Shown here: positions 52,783-64,000 of the stretch, piece by piece
How the letters are laid out: the number at the start of each line of letters is the position of its first letter
Numbering within the stretch: the first letter of the stretch is position 1
NCBI RefSeq assembly: GCF_004010195.1
Contig: NC_057719.1
Location: 87,612,382 to 87,676,381, forward strand
Source: Chiloscyllium plagiosum
Lineage: Eukaryota
DNA: 64,000 bases
Direction: 5' to 3'
Program-made: the position numbers and the translations under genes
The notes under the pieces: model-generated
What the model saw: the letters and a program-made list of their open reading frames with translations, nothing else
Databases searched by the model: none
Told to the model about the DNA's origin: nothing

Positions 52783-53152
52783 GCTGAGGGATGACCTTAT
52801 AGAGGTTTATAAGATCATGTGGGGCATGGATAGGATAAATAGGCAAGGTCTTTTCCCTGGGATGGGGGAATCCAGAACGAGAGGGTGAGATGGGAAAGAT
52901 TTAAAAGGAACCTAAAGGCAACTTTTTCACGCAGAGGGTGGTGCTTGTCTGGAATGAACTGCCAGAGGAAGTGGTGGAGGTTGGTACGATTACAACATTT
53001 AAACAGCATCTGGATGGGTATATGAATAGGAAGGATTTAGAGGGATGTAGGCCAAGTGCTGGCAAATGGGACAAGTTTCATTTCGGATATCTGGTCAGCT
53101 TGGATGAGTTGGACCGAAAGGTCTATTTCCATTGCTGTCCAGCTCTATGACT
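52783..53152 (+). mobile_element. CR1 LINE 3' end
   Basis: WNELPEEVVEVGTITTFKQHLDGYM. Confidence 0.88.
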
Positions 53153-53338
53153 ATTATTTGTGGAGAGGGAATGTTGCCTTGAGAGTGCAGATATCAGTTC
53201 TAGAAAGCGAAATTGTTGTTTAGTACACCAGTCATTGCAAATGCATAGCGATGAGCTGAATGGGCTTTCTCATATTTTGTTGTTTCTTGTTGGTTTGTTG
53301 ATGTCGAGAAAAACTCTCCTCTGTGCCATGCCACCTAC

Positions 53339-53396
53339 CAGCTTAAAGAGTTTCACTGACATCTGAATATGATGCTCATTGATCTCCTTCTTGCGC
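53339..53396 (-). CDS. PLCB2: PLCB2-like exon (58 nt); absent from the ORF track
   Basis: Acceptor CTTCCTTCACAG|G, donor CTG|GTAGGT. (K)RKKEINEHHIQMSVKLFKL matches the PLCB EINxxHIQ motif. It bridges the phase-2 end of the 96-nt exon to the phase-0 87-nt exon. Confidence 0.82.
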
Positions 53397-53684
53397 CTGT
53401 GAAGGAAGCACAGTGTTCTGTGAGCAGTGTGACCTTGGTATTAGAATGTAATCAGACTAGACTGCACTGATTCTCTCTTATTACATATGCAGGAACAAAG
53501 GTATAGTCTTTGTTACAAGATCCACTAATTGCTTATTTAAAATTCTACCTACTGTTAAAGGGCCTGTAAATTATGTCCACCAGGTTTCTCAAACAGACTT
53601 TAATTCTGATCTCCACAAATAGTCATTCTACTTCGTTGTACTTAGTGAAGATCCTTTCTCACTAGAGTGCTTATGTCATTGTTT

Positions 53685-54040
53685 ATTACCCGATGTGGTC
53701 TCCTCTACATTGGGGAGACTGGGCGCCTCCTAGCAGAGCGCTTTAGGGAACATCTCCGAGACACCCGCACCAATCAACCAAACCGCCCCATGGCCCAACA
53801 TTTCAACTCCCCCTCCCACTCTGCCGAGGACATGGAGGTCCTGGGCCCCTTCACCNNNNNNNNNNNNNNNNNNNNCTCTATACTACTCTCTCCCCACCCC
53901 CACCCTCCTCTAGCTTATCTCTCCACGCTTCTGGCTCTCTGCCTTTATTCCTGATGAAGGGTTTTTGCCCGAAGCGTCGATTTTGCTGCTCGTCGGATGC
54001 TGCCTGAATTGCTGTGCCTTTCCAGCACCACTGATCCAGA
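53685..54040 (+). mobile_element. Penelope-like element 3' fragment spanning an assembly gap
   Basis: Encodes RCGLLYIGETGRLLAERFREHL; same terminus as the 54535 element; N run inside. Confidence 0.88.
53856..53875. other. Assembly gap (20 N)
   Basis: Run of N in the sequence. Confidence 1.
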
Positions 54041-54284
54041 GTCCTCATTTTATGTCTCCTCTTGTTAAGTTTTTTTGCTTTAAAGTTGTCTCTTTTCTTT
54101 AATACCTTCTCTCCTCATTTAAAGTGACAATTCCCAATTTAGCACCCCTTACTTACTGGCTACATCACCGAGTGTCTCACATTATTATGACTCTTGAGTT
54201 GCAGCATCAGAGAACGCCCTGATTGTCCTGCTAGAGTTGGCACCACTGTGTCTGTGCTATGTCATCATTTTTCATGGTACAACA

Positions 54285-54515
54285 TAGAAAGGGTCTTCCT
54301 CCGAAGACCATCCCACCCAGACCCAGTCACCTGTAAACCAATCCACCTAACCTGCACATCTTTAAACTGCGAGAGGAAACTGGAGCACCCTGAGGAAAAA
54401 CATGCAGACACAGGGAGAACGTGCAAACTCCACACACACAGTTGCCTGAGGGTGGAATCAAATCCAGGTCCCTGGTGCTGTGCGGCAGCAGTGCTAATCA
54501 CAGAGCCACCGTGCT
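54285..54515 (-). mobile_element. HE1-type SINE (partial)
   Basis: Core aacgtgcaaactccacac and head. Confidence 0.82.
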
Positions 54516-54534
54516 ATTTTAAACAGTTAGTTAA

Positions 54535-56185
54535 AAACAAGGACTGCAGATGCTGAAAGCCAGAATCTTGATTATAGTGATGCTGGAAAAGCACAGCAGG
54601 TCAGGCAGCATCCGAGGAGCAGGAACATCGATATTTCAGGCAAAAGCCCTTCATCAGGAATTGAGGCAGGGAGCCTGCAGGGTGGAGAGATAAATGAGAG
54701 GGGAGTTGGGGGTGGGGAGAAAGTAGCATAGAATACAATAGGTGAATGGGGGTGGGGATGGAGGTGATAGGTCAGAGAGGAGGGTGGAGCGGATAGGTCA
54801 GAGAGGAGCGTGGAGCGGATAGGTGGAAAGGAAGATAGGTAGGTAGGACAGGTCATGAGGGCTGTACTCAGCTGGAAGGCTGGAGGTGAAGTGAGGTGAG
54901 CGAAAGGGGAAATGAGGAAACTGGTGAAATCCACATTGATGCCCTGGGGTTGAAGTGTTCCGAGGCGGAAGATGAGGCGTTCTTCCTCCAGGCGTTGGGT
55001 GGTGAGGGAGTGGCGGTGAAGGAGGTCCAGGACCTGCATGTCCTCAGCAGAGTGGCAGGGGGAGTTGAAATGTTGGACCACAGGGCGGTGGGGTTGATTG
55101 ATGCGGGTATCCCAGAGATGTTCCCTAAAGCGCTCTGCTGGGAGGTGTCCAGTCTCCCCAATGTAGAGGAGACCGCATCGGGAGCAACGGATACAATAAA
55201 TGGTATTGGTGGATGTGCAGGTGAAACTTTGAATGTGGAAGGCTCCTTTAGGGCCTTGGATAGAGGTGAGAGAGGAGGTGTGGGTGCAGGTTTTGCAGTT
55301 CCTGCGGTGGCAGGGGAGGGTGCCAGGAAGTGAGGGTGGGTTGTTGGGAGGCGTGGACCTGACCAGGTAGTCACGGAGGGAACAGTCTTTCTGGAAGGCG
55401 GAAATGGGTGGGGAGGGAAATATATCTCTGGTGATGGGGTCCGTTTGGAGGTGGCGGAAATGTCGTCGGATGATGTGGTTTATGCAAAGGTTGGTAGGGT
55501 GGAAGGTGAGCACCAGGGGGGTTCTGAACTTGTTATGGTTGGAGGGGTGGGGTCTGAGGGCGGAGGGGTGGGATTTGGATGAGATGCGTTGGAGGGCATC
55601 TTTAACCATGTGGGAAGGGAAATTGCGGTCTCTGAAGAAGGAGGCCATCTGGTGTGTTCTGTGGTGGAACTGGTCCTCCTGGGAGCAGATGCGGCGGAGG
55701 TGGAGGAATTGGGAATACGGGATGGCATTTTTGCAGGAAGTAGGGTGGGAAAATATATATTCCAGGTAACTGTGAGAGTCAGTGGATTTGTAAAAAATGT
55801 CAGTGTCAAGTTGGTCATCATAGATGGAGAGGTTCAGGAAGGGGAGGGAGGTGTTAGAGATGGTCCAGGTGAATTTAAGGTCGGGGTAGAATATGTTGCT
55901 GAAATTGATGAATTGCTCAACCTCCTCGCAGGAGCACGAGATGGCGCCAATGCAGTCATCAATGTAGCAGAGGAAGAGATGGGGAGTGGTGCCGGTGTAA
56001 CTACGGAAGATGGACTGTTCTACGTAGCCAACAAAGAGACAGGCAAAGCTAGGCCCCATACGGGTGCCCATGGTCTGGAGGAAGTGGGAGGATTCAAAGG
56101 AAAAATTGTCAAGGGTGAGGACAAGTTCAGCCAATCGAATGAGAGTGTCAGTGGAAGGGTGCTGTTGGGGACATCAGGAGAGGAA
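54535..56185 (-). mobile_element. Penelope-like retroelement, 5'-truncated, with a 520-aa RT/GIY-YIG ORF (54572-56134)
   Basis: RT motifs MGTRMGPSFACLFVG and YIDD; GIY-YIG endonuclease IYCIRCSRCGLLYIGETG...RFREH; hammerhead-bearing 3' terminus. Confidence 0.92.
54626..54662 (-). ncRNA. Minimal hammerhead ribozyme motif at a PLE terminus
   Basis: AATTC CTGATGA A GGGC TTTT GCCT GAAAT ATC GATG: core intact, stem III palindrome AUAU. Confidence 0.62.
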
Positions 56186-56189
56186 GAAA

Positions 56190-56615
56190 CGGAGTATCCG
56201 TTGCTTCCGATGCGGTCTCCTCTACACTGGGGAGACTGGACGCCTCCCAGCAGAGTGCTTTAGGGAACATCTCTGGGACACCGGCAACAATTAACTCCAT
56301 CGCCCTGTGGCCCAACATTTCAACTCCCCCTGCCACTCTGCTGAGGACATGGAGGTCCTGGGCATCCTCCACCACCGTTCCCTCACCACCTGACGCCTGG
56401 AGGAAGAACACCTCATCTTCCACCTCGGAACACTTCAACCCCATGGCATCAATGTGGATTTCACCAGTTTCCTCATTTCCCACCCCCATTCACCTATTGT
56501 ACTTTATGCTACTTTCTCCCCACCCCCACCCCCCTCTCATTTATCTCTCCACCCTGCAGGCTCCCTGCCTCTATTCCTGATGAAGGGCTTTTGCTCGAAA
56601 CATCGATTCTCCTGA
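56190..56615 (+). mobile_element. Inverted partial copy (pseudo-LTR) of the adjacent Penelope-like element
   Basis: Reverse-complement match to 54620-55195 with an internal deletion (GIY-YIG 3' part plus terminus); abuts the truncated 5' end. Confidence 0.88.
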
Positions 56616-56889
56616 ACAGGCACAATATAACTTATATTGTACCATACTGTAAAAGATGCTTCAGCAAGTAAAATGTTTGCTTTCTTCACGTAAGTTTTCC
56701 TTGTTTCGTTTAGCAAGTTATTTTAATTACGATTGCTCAGCATGGCAAAGCATTTCAACTTCTACATTGGCTTTTCCAGGCAACAACAATTGTCATTGAG
56801 AACATAAGTCTGTTTTTAACATTGTTTCTTATAGGAAATTACGCTTCACCTAGAGTTGTTAACTTCAAGTCACGTTTTTTTTAAAATAT

Positions 56890-57465
56890 GGAGTCTTAAA
56901 GTCATACAGCACGGAGACAGACCATTTGGTCCAACTAGTCCATGCTGGCCACATTCCCAAACTAAACTAGTCCCACTATCCTGCAGTTGTCCGATATCTC
57001 TCCAAACCTTTCCTATTTGTGTACTTATCCAAATGTCTTTTAAATGTTATCATTTTACCCGCATCAACCACTTCCTTTGGCAGTTCATTCCACAGACAAA
57101 CCACTCTGTCCAAAAGAAGTTGCCCCTCATGTCTTTTTTAAATCTTTCTCCTTCCACCTTAAAAATATGCTGCCTAGTTTTTAACTGCCCACTTTAGGAA
57201 AGAGGCCATGTATGATGATGGGATAGTGTAGGGGGACGGGCTGAGAATAGTTCACAGGTTGGCGCAACATTGAGGGCCAAAGGGGCTGTTCTGCGCTGTA
57301 TTGTTCTATGTTCTATGATCTCTGTTCTATTCACCCTACCAATGCCCCTCATGATTTTATAATTTGCTATAAGGTCACCCCTCCTATGTTTCAGTGAAGA
57401 GAGCCCCAGCTTATCCTATTTTTATAACTCAAACCCTCCATTCATGGCAAGATCCTGGTAAATGG
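56890..57465 (-). mobile_element. CR1 3' fragment with a nested plus-strand CR1 tail (about 57205-57317)
   Basis: Shared CR1 3' sequence; gttctatgttctatg tail inside. Confidence 0.78.
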
Positions 57466-58192
57466 AACAAACCCCAACCTTAAGTAAGAATTCCCTGTAT
57501 ACTCCTTTTCCATTCTGTCTGTGTTTTTGAAATGGTGTGTCCCCTGGAATAATTCTTTTCTAGCCTTGGACACATTGTAACTGCATTTATGTAATGGCTA
57601 TTGAATCTAAACCATTTATCTCTACTTGTCTGTCTTACAGTGGGTACTTCATACAATCACATAAAAAGCTATTTTTAAAAATTTCTCTATGTGCACCTTC
57701 ATTGCTCATATGGTATTGAACATTCTGCCCCAAGCTGTCCTTTACTTGTATTTACCAACATTCTCCTGTTGTTTATACTTTTTTTCTTTTGAATTTATTT
57801 TCCTATGCACCCAAACCATTCCTCCACTGTTATAACTAGGGCTGTGCATATAGATTCTATGATTCACCAAGTCTCCTGCTCCTTGTTTGTGTATTTGTAC
57901 GGCACTGGTCTCAGCCTGGTTTAAGTAAACCCCATTCCAGCAATATAGCCCCACCTTCCTTTATACTAGTGACAGTGCCTCATGAATCAAAATCCCTTTT
58001 GCCCACTGGGTCATGCATTTAATTCTCTAATTCCTCTGCCAATTAGCACATGGCTCAGTTATCAATCTAAAGATTATTACTTTTTAACTTAGACCCCAAA
58101 TCCTCAAACTCTCCCGAGTATTTCTGCTGCTGGTTCCTGTGTAGACTGATGACAACGGAATGCTTTCCTTCCCATTCCAAGTTCAAGTTCCA

Positions 58193-58520
58193 AGGCATAG
58201 TGGCTCAGTGGTGAGCACCACTGTCTCACAGCACCAGGGATTTGGACTCAATTCCAGCCTCGGGTGACTGTCTGAGCAGAGTTTACACATTCTCCCTGTG
58301 GGTTTCCTGCAGGTGCTCCTGTTTCCTCCCACAATCCAAAGGTGTGCAGGTTAGATGGATTGGCCATGTTAAATTGCCCATAGTGTCCAAGGATGTGCAG
58401 ACTAGGTGGGTTAGGTATGGGTAATGCAAGGTCACGTGGATAGGGTGCGGGGATGCTTTTCAGAGTGTCGGTGTGAATTGATGGGCCAAATGGTCAGCTT
58501 ACACACTGTAGGGATTCTAG
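58193..58520 (+). mobile_element. HE1-type SINE
   Basis: Head ggcatagtggctcagtgg, core and tail. Confidence 0.82.
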
Positions 58521-58946
58521 GATTTTGATGATTTCAACTTCAGGTATAAGGAAATATCCTTAACACTGGCACCAGACAAACAACAATACATTCGGAGCTC
58601 TGGTGTAGCTAGAGAACAGTTTCTATCGCCTTGACTACACTGTACCCCTCTCTCTACCACATTTCTGTTCACGTTTCCCTCCCATACTGACTTGAATAGC
58701 ATCCTGCTTCATGGTACTATGGTCAGTCTGCTCATCTGCAGGACAGTCCTTGGGATAGTCCAGGCAAAAAGTTCTGCCGAAGTGAAGAGATGTTACTGCC
58801 TCCAGGAACAAAGTGCCCAGGTGATTTCTCCTGCCCCCTACCTACTGCTCATCAACTCTGAGTTGAAGGTGGTCAAGCTGCAGCTACATGTTGGTCGTCT
58901 GGGACAGCAATGCATTCCATAGTCACAGCTCCTCCATTCAGTAAGA

Positions 58947-59250
58947 TCATAGAATCCCTACAGTGTGTAAGCAGGCCATTTGGTCCATCAGATCCACACC
59001 GACCCTCGAAAGAGCACTTCACCCAGACGCAGCCCTCTACCCTATCCTTGTAACTCTGCATATCCCATGGCTAATCCACCTAGCCTGCATGTCTTTGGAT
59101 TGTGGGAAGAAACTGGAGCAGCTGGAGGAAATCCACATAGACATAGGGAGAATGTGCAAATTCCACACAGAAATCGCCCGAGTGTGGAATCACACTCAGG
59201 TCCCTGGTTCTGTGAGGCAACAGCCGTAACCACTGATCCACCAGGCCACA
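58947..59250 (-). mobile_element. HE1-type SINE
   Basis: Reverse-complement head, core and tail. Confidence 0.82.
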
Positions 59251-59759
59251 CCACAACAGCTCCATCTTCTTGCACTATCCCGAAATTCTCTCACGTCTAC
59301 AATAACTATCAACCTCTTCCATGAATATACTCAATGAGTGAGTATCACTACTCCCTGAGGTAGATTCACAACCCTGTGAGAGGAGGAACTTCCCCCATCT
59401 CAGTCCTAGGTTTCATTCTGAGACTGTGCTTCCTGGTTGTAAATTCCCAAGCCAGAGGAATCATGTCCCCTTACTGTAGGACAGGGCTTCCCCCAGTGAG
59501 GACAGGACCCCAAACTATCCCAACAGCTACATTTTTGGTGTTGAAAAATCCGAGGCCAGAACAAGCGCCAATGGATTTCCAGCCACTTTACAATGGCCTT
59601 AAACCCACTCTAACAGGCCATTGCCCTTGCAGCTCTCACGGAGAGGTCTGAGTCTCAAAATGGGGCTCTCAGTGGGAAACAGTTTGGGAAACATTGTTGG
59701 GCCCACCGTCCACCATGAAGCTCACTCAGCCGATGGGAGAACTTTAAAGAGAGTTCTTG

Positions 59760-60255
59760 AAATATGGAAAATAGGAACAGGAGTAGACCATTCAGCCCTT
59801 CGAGCCTGCTCCACTATTCAATAATGATCACGGCTAATCATCCAATCCCCTGTTCCAACTTTCCCTTTAATTCCTTTTCCCCGAAGAACTATATCTGACT
59901 CCTTCTTAAAAACATTCAATGTTTCCTGTGGTAGTGAACTCCACAGGCTCACCACTCACTGGGTAAAGAAATCTCTCCTCATCTCAGTCCGAAATGCCCT
60001 CCCCCTTATCTTAGACTATGACCCTTGGCTCTGGCCTTGCCAGTCATCAGGAACATCCTTCCTGTGTTTATCCTGTCTAGTTCTGTTAGACTTTTATAGC
60101 TTTCTATGAGATTCTTCTAAACTTTAACAAATATAATCCTAACTGATCTAGCCTCTCTTCCAGGAATCAGTCTGGTATACCTTTGCTGCACACCCTCCTT
60201 AGCCAAAACATCCTTCCTCAGATAAGGAGATCAAAACTACACACAGTATTCCAGG
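59760..60255 (-). mobile_element. Old CR1 3' fragment
   Basis: Similar to the 48100-48345 and 61995-62535 copies. Confidence 0.7.
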
Positions 60256-60650
60256 TTTCTTGACAACAGACTTGGCAATGGCTCCTCATATTCTGATAAC
60301 TCACACTCATCTCCCTTCACTCTCTGTCTCCACCGCTGACACAGACACATGCGGATCTAATCATTGGTGTGTTTTTGTGCGGTTTTCCCAGGTACCCAAA
60401 GGGGGTGTGACATCTCACTGCACTCAGTTCCCCTGAAGACTAGCTCTGGGCTCATACCATGGCACCAGCAATGTTGAGTAATGGCGGATACTGGTTACTT
60501 AGACCTTTTGAACTGAATATTCCCTAACGCTGCTGTGTTACTGCAGGAGTGGTTTGCGGGACAGGTTGATCACACTGTTACCCAGTGATTAAGGGGTTAC
60601 TTCTAAAGCTGTTTATCATCACAGAGCAAGGGCAGGTGCTGATTACTCAC

Positions 60651-60746
60651 TTCTCCTGGATACTCTTATCCACCGTGCTCTTCAGCATGTTCTCAATCTT
60701 CTCCTGTCGCTTCAGCTCAATCTTTTTCTTCATTTCTTTCATTTCA
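60651..60746 (-). CDS. PLCB2: Phospholipase C beta (PLCB2-like), distal C-terminal coiled-coil exon (96 nt)
   Basis: Acceptor CCTTTTAG|T, donor GAGAA|GTGAGT. EMKEMKKKIELKRQEKIENMLKSTVDKSIQE(K) resembles recalled human PLCB2 KEMKKKLETKRLERIQGMTKVTTDKMAQER. Confidence 0.82.
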
Positions 60747-61275
60747 CTAAAAGGAAAGGTTCGTTTATGGTGAATAGCTTCAGGGATCTCTTGGAATGTC
60801 ACAGACTGAGCAGTACGGTTAAACGGGTGGGCTGGCCTTCTCCAGTGACACTTACTGTTATTACCCAATGGGTTAGTTCACCATAAATCAAAGCCAGTTA
60901 TCCTTCCAAGAGCAAAGAGAATGCAATATGAGAGAAGTAAGAAGTACCCAGAATTTGTAAAGGCAGACTTTGGGGGCAGATGGGGGAGTGATGAGTAGTT
61001 ATTTACATCATTGTAGAATGGATTTTGAGGAAAGAAAAGAGGGTATAAATTGCATAAAGTCAGGCTTCTGAAGGGGTTCGTGTTACATTGGCTCCAACCC
61101 ATTGACTAAGGTAACACACAGTCTTTGAGTGGGGGTGAGGAATTTCCACATGAGCTTTCACAGGGAACAGATTTGTACCAGCTCCCTAAGGTTCTAACCA
61201 ATTGTACTTAAAGATCTCATGCAATTAACCACCTTGCTATCTCAGGACAGTGGCTTTTCCGTAAACACTCTACAG

Positions 61276-63700
61276 AGTCATAGAGTTATAGAGATGAACA
61301 GTACGGAAACAGACTCTTCGGTCCAACCCGTCCATGCCGACCAGATATCCCAACCCAATCTAGTCCCACATGCCAGCACCCGGCCCATATACCTCCAAAC
61401 CCTTCCTATTCATATACCCATCCAAATGCCTCTTAAATGTTGCAATTGTACCAGCCTCCACCACTTCCTCTGGCAGCTCATTCCATATACAAACCACCCT
61501 CTGTGTGAAAAAAGTTGCCCCCTTAGATCTCTTTTAAATCTTTCCCCTCTGCCCTAAGCCAATGCCCTCTGGTTCTGGACTCCCCCGCCCCAGGGAAAAG
61601 ACTTTGTCTCTTTATCCTATCTATGCCCCTCAAAATCTTATAAACCTCTATAAGGTCATCCCTCAGCCTCCAATGCTCCAGGGAAAACAGCACTAACCTA
61701 TTCAACCTCTCCCTATACCTCAAATCCTCCAACCCTGACAACATCCTTGTAAATCTTTTCTGAACGCTTTCAAGTTTCACAACATCTTTCCGATAGGAAG
61801 GAGACCAGAATTGCACGCAACATTCCAACACTGGCCTAACCAATGTCACATACAGCTGCAACATGACCTCCCAACTCCTGTACTCAATACTCTGACCAAT
61901 AAAGGAGAGCATACCAAACGCCTTCTTCAGGGTCCTTGATCACTAATCATTAGATAGACCCAAGACAAAGGAGGATTGGGTAGCAGTGAACATAAAGACA
62001 TAAGAACTAGGAGCAGAGGTAGGCCATCTGGCCCATCAAGTCTCCTCCATCATTCAATAAGATCATGGCTGATCTTTTCATGGATTCAGCTTCACTTAGC
62101 CACCTGCTCACCATAACTCTTAATTATTTTACCGTTCAAAAATCTATCTTTGCCTTAAAAACATAAAACAAGGTAGCCTCAACAGCTTCACTGGGCAGAG
62201 AATTCAACAGATTCACAATCGTTTGAGTGAAGGAGTTCCTCCTCAATTCAGTCCTAAATCTGCTTACCCTTATTTTGAGGTTATGCCCCATAGTTCTAAT
62301 CTCACCTTCCAGTGGAAATGTCCCTACTTCTGCCTTATCTATTCCCTTCATAATTTTATATGTTTCTATAAGATCTCCCCATATCTTCTAAATTCCAGTG
62401 AGTACAATCCCAGTCTACTCAATCACTCCTCATTAGGCAACCTTCTCAATTCCAGAATCCATCTCGTGAACCTTTTCTGTACCGCCTCCAATGCCAGTAT
62501 AGCCTTTCCCAAGTAAGGAGACCAAAACTGTACACATTTGGTATGCTTTCCTTTAATTGTCAGAGCATTGAGTATCGAACTTTGGAGGTCATATTGTGGA
62601 TGTACAGGACGTTGGTTAGGCCACTTTTGGAAAATTGCGTGCAGTTTTTGACTCCTTCCTATCAGAAGGATGTTGTGAAACTTGAAAGAAAAGACTTACA
62701 AGGATGTTGCCAGGGTTGGAGGGATTTGAGCTATAGGGAGAGGTTGAATAGGCTGGTGCTGTTTTTTCTGGAGCGTCTGAGGCTGAGGGATGACCTTCTA
62801 GAGGTTTATATAATCATGAAGGGCATGGATAGGAAAAATCGACAAAGTCTTTTTCCTGGAGTGGGGGAGTGCAGAAAGAGAGGGCATCGGTTTAGGGTGA
62901 GAGTAGAACGATATAAGAGTGACCTAAGGGTCAACGTTTTCACGCAGGGGGTGGTGAGTGTATGAAATGAGCTGCCAGAGGAAGTGGTGGAGGCTGGTAC
63001 AATTACAACATTTAAAAGACATCTGGATGGGTATATGAATAAGTTAGGAATGTTCTCCTTTGGGACAAAAAGGCTGAGAGAAGGTCTGATAAAAGGTTTT
63101 CAAAGTCATGAAGGGGCAGCACAGTTGCTCAGTGGTTAGCACTGCTTCCATACAGCGCCAGGGGCCTGGGTTCGATTCCAGCCTTGGGTAACTGTCTGTG
63201 TGGAGTTTGTACATTCTGCACGTGACTACATGGGTTTCCTGTGGGTGCTCTGGTTTTCCCCAACAGTCCAAAGGTGGTTTAGAGCTGGGATATGCAGGGT
63301 TACAACAATAGGGTAGGGGAATGGGTCTGGGTGGGATGCTCGTCAGAGGGTCAGTGGGCCGAATGGCCTACTTCAATGCTGTAGGGATTGTATGATTCTA
63401 ATGAACAGACTGGATGGAATAGTTAGGGAGAAACCCTTCTTGCTGATAAAACAGGAACAAGAATAAGAGAGCACAGAGTTAAAGTGATCTACAAAAGTAG
63501 CAGGATTTTTCATCCAGTGGGTAGTTCGGGTGTGGAATGCATTGACTGGGAAGGTAGTGGAGGCAGTTTCAATTGAGGCATTCAAGATGATGATTATTTG
63601 GATAAAACTATTGTGCAGGGGTATGGGGAGAAAAAGCAAAAGATTGGCATTGGCATTAACACTGGCTTAAATGGCATGATGGCCTCCTGCACTATAAGAA
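61276..63700. mobile_element. CR1 cluster: 61276-61928 (-), 61995-62535 (-), 62537-63042 (+) and 63050-63700 (+, split by HE1)
   Basis: ORFs 61523-61912, 62136-62351 and 62543-62965 are CR1 RT C-termini (LVRPVLECCVQFWSP, RDDLIEVYKI). Confidence 0.88.
63113..63400 (+). mobile_element. HE1-type SINE
   Basis: Head ggcagcacagttgctcagtggttagcac, core and tail. Confidence 0.85.
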
Positions 63701-63884
63701 TTGTGTGATTCAGTACCACCTGAGCAAAATGCTGCAACCTGGAGGAATCAATGCTGTATAGCGCAGGAGTCAGACCAATGACTCACAACTCACCCATTCC
63801 AAGGTCCATCAACTGCTGGGCATGCACATTCAGCTAGCACTGAGAATAGTGTCTTAATTCAGACCTGGGGCATGGCAACACTAG

Positions 63885-64000
63885 AATTAGAATCCCTACA
63901 ATGTGGAAAGAGGCCCTTCGGCCCAACAAGTCCACATTGACCTTCCGAAGAGTCACCCACCCAGACCCATTCCCTTGTCCTATATTTGCCCCTGACTAAT
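63885..64000 (-). mobile_element. HE1-type SINE 3' end (cut by the window edge)
   Basis: tgtggaaagaggcccttcggcccaacaagtccac tail. Confidence 0.8.

Noticed and set aside
54868..56294. Several 76-224 aa ORFs overlapping the PLE
   Set aside because: Alternative-frame and antisense shadows of the PLE ORF.
13188..63271. Recurring short ORFs such as DCGRKPEHPEETHADTGRTCKLHT
   Set aside because: Translations of HE1 SINE copies, not a gene family.
1..64000. CRISPR arrays, operons or other prokaryotic systems
   Set aside because: The sequence is vertebrate with spliced genes; no repeat-spacer array was seen.

Overview
Eukaryotic, repeat-rich vertebrate DNA. The HE1-type SINEs and CR1-type LINEs point to a shark (inference). 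Two spliced genes lie on the minus strand in tandem. (1) The last four exons of a phospholipase C-beta gene, PLCB2-like by its C-terminal coiled coil: 60651-60746, 53339-53396, 52547-52633 and 49553-49798, with a candidate polyA signal at 48528. (2) About 6 kb downstream, a GC-box-rich CpG-island promoter and the first four coding exons of an EH-domain ATPase, EHD4-like: 43130-43356, 25818-25994, 21776-21873 and 9311-9723 (915 nt, 305 aa; the remaining exons were not found and probably lie left of the window). The rest is nested retroelement debris: CR1, L2 and RTE LINE fragments, about a dozen HE1 SINEs, probable solo LTRs and many Penelope-like element (PLE) pieces, including a 520-aa RT/GIY-YIG ORF. 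The most notable non-coding signal is a set of PLE-associated minimal hammerhead ribozyme motifs (CTGATGA-stemII-GAAA) from about three families. One intact core sits in sense orientation in EHD intron 1, and degenerate copies sit inside short fold-back elements. Also notable is an exact 17-bp duplication of the EHD exon-1 splice donor. Repeat boundaries are approximate (read by eye); exon boundaries were read to the base.
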